Part shown: piece by piece, positions 59,193 to 64,000 of the stretch
Numbering within the stretch: the first letter of the stretch is position 1
Layout: every line of letters starts with the position of its first letter
Virus record (IMG/VR): IMGVR_UViG_3300043781_000019
Source: an uncultured virus (IMG/VR IMGVR_UViG_3300043781_000019)
Lineage: Duplodnaviria; Heunggongvirae; Uroviricota; Caudoviricetes; Herelleviridae
Reading direction: 5' to 3' (one strand)
Length of the DNA stretch: 64,000 bases
Program-made: the position numbers and the translations under genes
Notes under the pieces: generated by a model
What the model was told of the DNA's origin: nothing
Database searches by the model: none
What the model saw: only the letters and a program-made list of their open reading frames with translations

Positions 59193-59428
59193 ACCAAGAA
59201 CAGAAAGAATGTCCCTATTGTCATGCACCCTTTTCAGAGTATCGTACTGGTAAGGGTTTCTTTACTGGCATGGTAGAGGGAACAAATCTTGAGCAACGTG
59301 AAGATGGAAGATGGTTTGCCGTGGCGGTAGTGGAAGATAATGAAGGATGGGGATGTGACGAGACATTCACAAGAGTAAAGTTCTGTCCTTGGTGTGGAAG
59401 AGAGCTGGCTAAGAAAAGTGAAAAGTAA
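59189..59428 (+). CDS. Small zinc-ribbon protein
   Basis: CPYC...FCPWCGR. Confidence 0.6.
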   Translation: MNQEQKECPYCHAPFSEYRTGKGFFTGMVEGTNLEQREDGRWFAVAVVEDNEGWGCDETFTRVKFCPWCGRELAKKSEK

Positions 59429-59828
59429 CACTATTGTTTTGAAAATAGACCCTATGTACTTTCAAGCGCAGATTGAAGGGAAAAAGAATTTTGAAATTCG
59501 TAAAAATGATAGAAATTACAAGGTTGGATCAATACTATCTCTTAAAGAGTTTGACGGTAAAAAGTATACAGGGCGTAGCATAAAGGTGAGGGTTACCTTC
59601 ATCACTAATTATGCTCAGGTTGATGGGTATGTTGTTTTAGGAACAACTACTATTGGCTGTCCACATTGTCTTAAAGGACGGCCAATTGTTGATGATAATG
59701 TTAAGTGGATGGCCTTAGAGGGTAATAAGCTTAAGTTTAATAGCGACAAATTTGTTGGAAATAGTGAAACAGAGGAAGTTGAAATATCCTACTGTCCTTG
59801 GTGTGGTAGGAATTTGTCTCATTTTTAA
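59394..59828 (+). CDS. DUF3850/ASCH-like domain fused to zinc ribbon
   Basis: LKIDP.YF...GKKNFEIRKNDRNYKVG; CPHC...CPWCGR. Confidence 0.75.
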   Translation: MEESWLRKVKSNTIVLKIDPMYFQAQIEGKKNFEIRKNDRNYKVGSILSLKEFDGKKYTGRSIKVRVTFITNYAQVDGYVVLGTTTIGCPHCLKGRPIVDDNVKWMALEGNKLKFNSDKFVGNSETEEVEISYCPWCGRNLSHF

Positions 59829-60139
59829 ATTGTTGACAAAATATTTTAAATGTGCTAAGCTAGCCATAGTTAAAGATGACTAGTTTATTTTTTTGAAGGA
59901 ACATATCATAATGGTAGATAGTGGGATGGATTAGAATTTTGTAGCCCACAGTAAGGCTCAATTAATCAGGAAAGAAAAATAATTATTGGAGGATTAATAA
60001 ATGTATATAATTAAGTGAGCTGGTGGTAATCTTGTTTGTGTTAATTTGAACATTATGATAGATGGTGCATATAGCAATAATACAAAAATATCAGCAATGA
60101 TATGTATGACAAAGTAGATAAAGATGGGGAGAATATTTA

Positions 60140-60595
60140 ATGACAATTAATAAAGGACTTTTTACTAGTAATAAGGATGACTGGGAAACGCCACAGGATC
60201 TTTTTGATAAGTTAAACAAAAAATATAAATTTTCTTGGGACTTAGCTGCGTCATCTGAAAACCATAAAGTTAATAACTATTTTAGTGAAGAAGATAACTC
60301 TCTTGTTAAGCCATGGCATAGCCTAGGAGGAGCACTGTGGCTTAATCCACCATATGGTAGAAAAATTGGGTTATGGGTTAAAAAAGCTTATGAAGAGTCT
60401 TTAGAAACAGACAGTCCTATCGTGCTATTAATACCTGCAAGAACAGATACAAGTTATTGGCATGACTATATATTTGGAAAGGCCCACATTAAATTTATTC
60501 GAGGAAGAATTAAATTTGAGCGAAATGGAGTTCCAAAGGACGCTGCTCCCTTTCCTAGCGCAATTGTTGTATATAATTATAGGGAGAACAATTAG
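60140..60595 (+). CDS. Phage DNA N6-adenine methyltransferase
   Basis: DWETP, DLAAS, NPPY, PARTDT, GRIKF. Confidence 0.88.
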   Translation: MTINKGLFTSNKDDWETPQDLFDKLNKKYKFSWDLAASSENHKVNNYFSEEDNSLVKPWHSLGGALWLNPPYGRKIGLWVKKAYEESLETDSPIVLLIPARTDTSYWHDYIFGKAHIKFIRGRIKFERNGVPKDAAPFPSAIVVYNYRENN

Positions 60596-60938
60596 TGGAT
60601 TATAAAGACAAAAATGAACATAACGCATGGACATATTATGCTATTAAGAATATTTCAAAAGCAGTGGCGCTATCAACTGCTTTTATATGTGCTACAATAA
60701 TGGGATCTGGTAGCCTGTTTGGATGGACACTTTTTGTAGCTGTTTTGCTATTCGATTAGGAGGAATCTTATGAATACACAAGTTAGAACTGGGTCAGATG
60801 TATTAATGCTGGCGCTATTAAAGTGGAAACAGCAAGCACCAGATCAACCATTTGGAGACTTTTTTCCAGAAGTTAAATGGGTTGTTGCTAATAAGCTTTA
60901 CAAGATTGATGGAAACTTAGAGTACGTGGAGGAATCAA

Positions 60939-61265
60939 ATGAGCAAGGATAAAGACAGCCTATACAAAAACGTTGAATATGCCTTTGACACTGTTTGGTA
61001 CAATTCTAGTATTCCAGATGCAGGTAATTCCTCTATTTTAAAGGCCATGGGTATAGTATACCCTAGCGAGGCAGATAGCGATACTGTATTAGAAGCCAAG
61101 TTATACCTAATTTGGGGTATTGCTAATACTATTCCAGATTTAGAGGGTGATAGTATCAAAGAGGTTAAACAGTGTCTAGATAATAATGAAAGGTTGCTTA
61201 GTGACCGGTATGCTAAGGAATCTTATCAAGTACTAGATGAAAGGCTACGTGATCTGGATGAATGA
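60939..61265 (+). CDS. Hypothetical protein
   Basis: GGAGG RBS. Confidence 0.5.
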   Translation: MSKDKDSLYKNVEYAFDTVWYNSSIPDAGNSSILKAMGIVYPSEADSDTVLEAKLYLIWGIANTIPDLEGDSIKEVKQCLDNNERLLSDRYAKESYQVLDERLRDLDE

Positions 61266-61991
61266 TAAGAAAGTAAAAAGTCTTATAAAAGATAGGGAGA
61301 TACTTGGGTGAGAAAAAGGGATCTGACTAATAAAAAGAAGCAAAAGATAGAGAGCAGAAGGTTTAATCATAATATTTATTTAACAGCACCCTTTAAAGGG
61401 CGTTCAACAAGGATAACGGCCATAAAAATAAGTATTCGTAGGGCTATTAAGGACGGGTTAAAGCAACTAGATAGGGAGATTGGACATGATAAAAGTATTT
61501 ATTAGTGCTTCTTATGTTGACTATAAAGATAACAATGGGTATGCATGTTCTCTTGATAATGACACAATAAGGTGTCTATACAATGGATTAAAAAGTAACT
61601 ATGGTGAGTGCTACTTAAAGGATGCTGAATCAGGTTTGATTGACGGCGCTATTTATTCTTGTGACTCTAAGATTGCTAATATGAATGCTAATCACTTAGC
61701 TGTTCCTGAAGACGTTATAGTCACAATGTACAATGCTATGGTTGAGGGTGAAAATAATTCAAATTGCAGATAAAATTAAACAGCTAGCAGCAAAGGAAAT
61801 GGAAAATGTTCCATTTAGTAAAAGGCGTAGAGCACAGATGTGTTGGGGCTTTGCCTTTTCAAAGTTAACAGATAAACAGATCATGGAACAGCTAGGCTTG
61901 ACAATTTCAGAATGGAATGCTATGCTTTATGGCAGTAAGGATGTAAGTGAAAGCTACTATGAAAAGGCAATCTCTTTAATGGAAGGAAATC

Positions 61992-62432
61992 ATGTATAAA
62001 TTAAAACAGTATCTTTTTAAAAAGGGCTATGAAAAGGCTGAAAAGCGCTATGGTAGGGATCCAGTCACTTACTTTTTTGATGTGGCTAATGACGAGGTTA
62101 GAACGGCTAAACAAAGTAACGGAATAACTGTATCAGAACATAGTATTGATATGATTTTTACACGAATTGGCACTATCATGCTTGCTGTATCAACATCCTA
62201 TTTTAATGGCGCTAATGATTGGCTTAAGGACAACAAAGACACTATTCTTAGCGTTTTAAATCCTGCCTTAGATGCCAATGATGAAAAAGCGTTTTTAGGA
62301 ATTTTGGATCGTAAAAATAAAGGGTTTGAATACGTAATTATTCCTCAGACAGCTAGCTTGGGTACAATGATTGTATATGATGGGAACAAATATACGCCTA
62401 AGCAAGCTGTTAGATATTGGAAAGGAAGGTAA
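61992..62432 (+). CDS. Hypothetical protein
   Basis: ORF with RBS. Confidence 0.5.
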   Translation: MYKLKQYLFKKGYEKAEKRYGRDPVTYFFDVANDEVRTAKQSNGITVSEHSIDMIFTRIGTIMLAVSTSYFNGANDWLKDNKDTILSVLNPALDANDEKAFLGILDRKNKGFEYVIIPQTASLGTMIVYDGNKYTPKQAVRYWKGR

Positions 62433-62486
62433 TTAACAATAGAAAATCAAAACAGAGACTTTGAGATACCCTATAGTAAGCAAGAT

Positions 62487-62966
62487 ATGAAAGATAACTA
62501 TAAAAAATTTAAGTTGCATTTAGGACTAGCTAAAGGCATAAAAGGGAAAAAGCTACGCCGAGAAATTAAAAAGTATAGATGGTATGACTATGCTTACATT
62601 AATCGCTATCTTTTGAATTATTCTAGATGTCACTTTAAAAAGGAACATAGGTATCTTAATGAGCGCTTAGATTATCTTGGATTAGTAGTTGAAAATGAAG
62701 TTTACTATAGGAATAAAAAGAGCTTACTGCCTCATATTTACAATTTATTTAAACACATGGAAAAATACAACCCAGAATACTTAAAGGGACTTAAATATTT
62801 TATCAAGTATCTAGAAGCAAAACATTATTATGAGGGGAATGTTATTGATTCAGAAACTAAAGAAATATGTGATACCATGGAAGAATTTGTGCAAGCACTA
62901 GATGCTAATAGTATTGCTAAGGCATCTGCCTTATATGTTAATAACTATGATAAATGGTGGGATTGA
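62487..62966 (+). CDS. Hypothetical protein
   Basis: 159-aa ORF. Confidence 0.5.
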   Translation: MKDNYKKFKLHLGLAKGIKGKKLRREIKKYRWYDYAYINRYLLNYSRCHFKKEHRYLNERLDYLGLVVENEVYYRNKKSLLPHIYNLFKHMEKYNPEYLKGLKYFIKYLEAKHYYEGNVIDSETKEICDTMEEFVQALDANSIAKASALYVNNYDKWWD

Positions 62967-63022
62967 GCAAGAACTCTGTTAATTAAAAAAGAGACTAGAT
63001 GCTATAATTTAGGAGGTGCCAA

Positions 63023-64000
63023 TTGAAATTTTTAGACTTATTTGCAGGCATTGGTGGATTTAGGCAAGGAATGGAAAATCAGGGTAATAAGTGTGTTGGT
63101 TACGTTGAAATAGATAAATGGGCACGTCAATCCTATCAAGCAATTTACAACACAGAAGGAGAGTGGACAGCTAATGACATTACAAAAGTCACAAATGAAG
63201 ATTGGCAACAGTTCAAAGGAAAAGTCGAGTGCATCTGTGCAGGGTTTCCGTGCCAGAGCTTTAGCATCGCTGGTAGACGACTTGGGTTTGCCGACAAAAC
63301 TCGCGGAACGCTATTTTTCCAAGTTGCCCGCGCAGCCGAACAAGTCAAACCACGTTATTTGTTCTTGGAAAACGTCAAAGGGTTACTATCACATGACCAA
63401 GGACGGACTTTTGAAGTCATCCTCCAGACATTGGATGAACTCGGGTATGATGCGGAATGGCACGTGCTTAACAGCAAAGAGTTCGTACCACAAAACAGGG
63501 AACGGGTCATCATTATCGGACATCTTAGAGGAGAAAGTACCAGAGAAGTATTTTTTGAGTCAGGAGAAAGTAAACAACTTGTTGAAGAGAATGAAATAGT
63601 AGACTTGCTACCAACTTCAGATAGCAGACATGGACGAAGAGGAACTGTATTATCTCCAAAGGGGATTAGTTCTGCTTTGGCTGCCACCGACTATAAGCTA
63701 CCCAAGCAGATTATACAAGTTGGCAACTATATGGAAGATCATAAATTTAAAAACCCTCAGCCAGGTAGGGTATACTCAAAGGATGGCATATCACCAACAT
63801 TAAATACCATGACTGGTGGCAATCGGCAACCCAATATTGTAGTTGAATCAGAACCTATAAGGGCTGTAAATTCTCCAGAAGTATCTAACAAGACACAAAA
63901 TGGGAGAAGAATAAAAGACGTGGGCGACCCAGAGTTTGCATTGACAGTAAGAGACAGACACGGCATCGTAATAGGAAAGGGTAAATCCCTTAGGATACGT
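63023..64000 (+). CDS. dcm: DNA cytosine-5 methyltransferase, runs off window
   Basis: AGGAGGT RBS, TTG start; FLDLFAGIGG, GFPCQSFS, ENVKGL, PQNRER. Confidence 0.9.
   Translation, partial: MKFLDLFAGIGGFRQGMENQGNKCVGYVEIDKWARQSYQAIYNTEGEWTANDITKVTNEDWQQFKGKVECICAGFPCQSFSIAGRRLGFADKTRGTLFFQVARAAEQVKPRYLFLENVKGLLSHDQGRTFEVILQTLDELGYDAEWHVLNSKEFVPQNRERVIIIGHLRGESTREVFFESGESKQLVEENEIVDLLPTSDSRHGRRGTVLSPKGISSALAATDYKLPKQIIQVGNYMEDHKFKNPQPGRVYSKDGISPTLNTMTGGNRQPNIVVESEPIRAVNSPEVSNKTQNGRRIKDVGDPEFALTVRDRHGIVIGKGKSLRIR
63174..63599 (+). CDS. Overprinted ORF, putative beta polypeptide of split C5-methyltransferase
   Basis: Alternative frame inside dcm; GAAGGAG upstream; ends SLSDILEEKVPEKYFLS. Confidence 0.6.
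   Translation: MTLQKSQMKIGNSSKEKSSASVQGFRARALASLVDDLGLPTKLAERYFSKLPAQPNKSNHVICSWKTSKGYYHMTKDGLLKSSSRHWMNSGMMRNGTCLTAKSSYHKTGNGSSLSDILEEKVPEKYFLSQEKVNNLLKRMK

Overview
64 kb of a large lytic myophage genome of the SPO1/Twort/K-like type (Herelleviridae-like). The host is probably a Lactobacillaceae species, inferred from gene content. 1-26.3 kb (- strand) is the virion morphogenesis module: baseplate/tail proteins, tail lysin, tape measure, chaperones, tube, sheath, neck, capsid, protease and portal, with a repeated late-promoter motif. 26.3-30.6 kb (+) is a terminase cassette whose large subunit is split by two group I introns, one carrying a Vsr-like endonuclease ORF. 30.6-36.7 kb holds a promoter-driven rod-shaped small RNA, NrdH, a solo TnpB element with an unusual 26-bp flanking duplication, a free-standing endonuclease and a ~580-nt structured non-coding segment. 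36.8-64 kb (+) holds early/auxiliary genes: RNase HI, nucleoside salvage genes, CorA, PgpA, Dps, a Panacea-like antitoxin, a kinase-phosphatase-RNA ligase and two DNA methyltransferases. It also has a 4-kb RNA island with 5 tRNAs, a ~590-nt ROOL-like RNA and four aberrant tRNA-like elements. The most striking item is a GIY-YIG-like nuclease fused to ten 15-aa tandem repeats with hypervariable polar dipeptides (TALE-like logic), next to the tRNA island. All calls come from reading motifs by eye; no searches were run.
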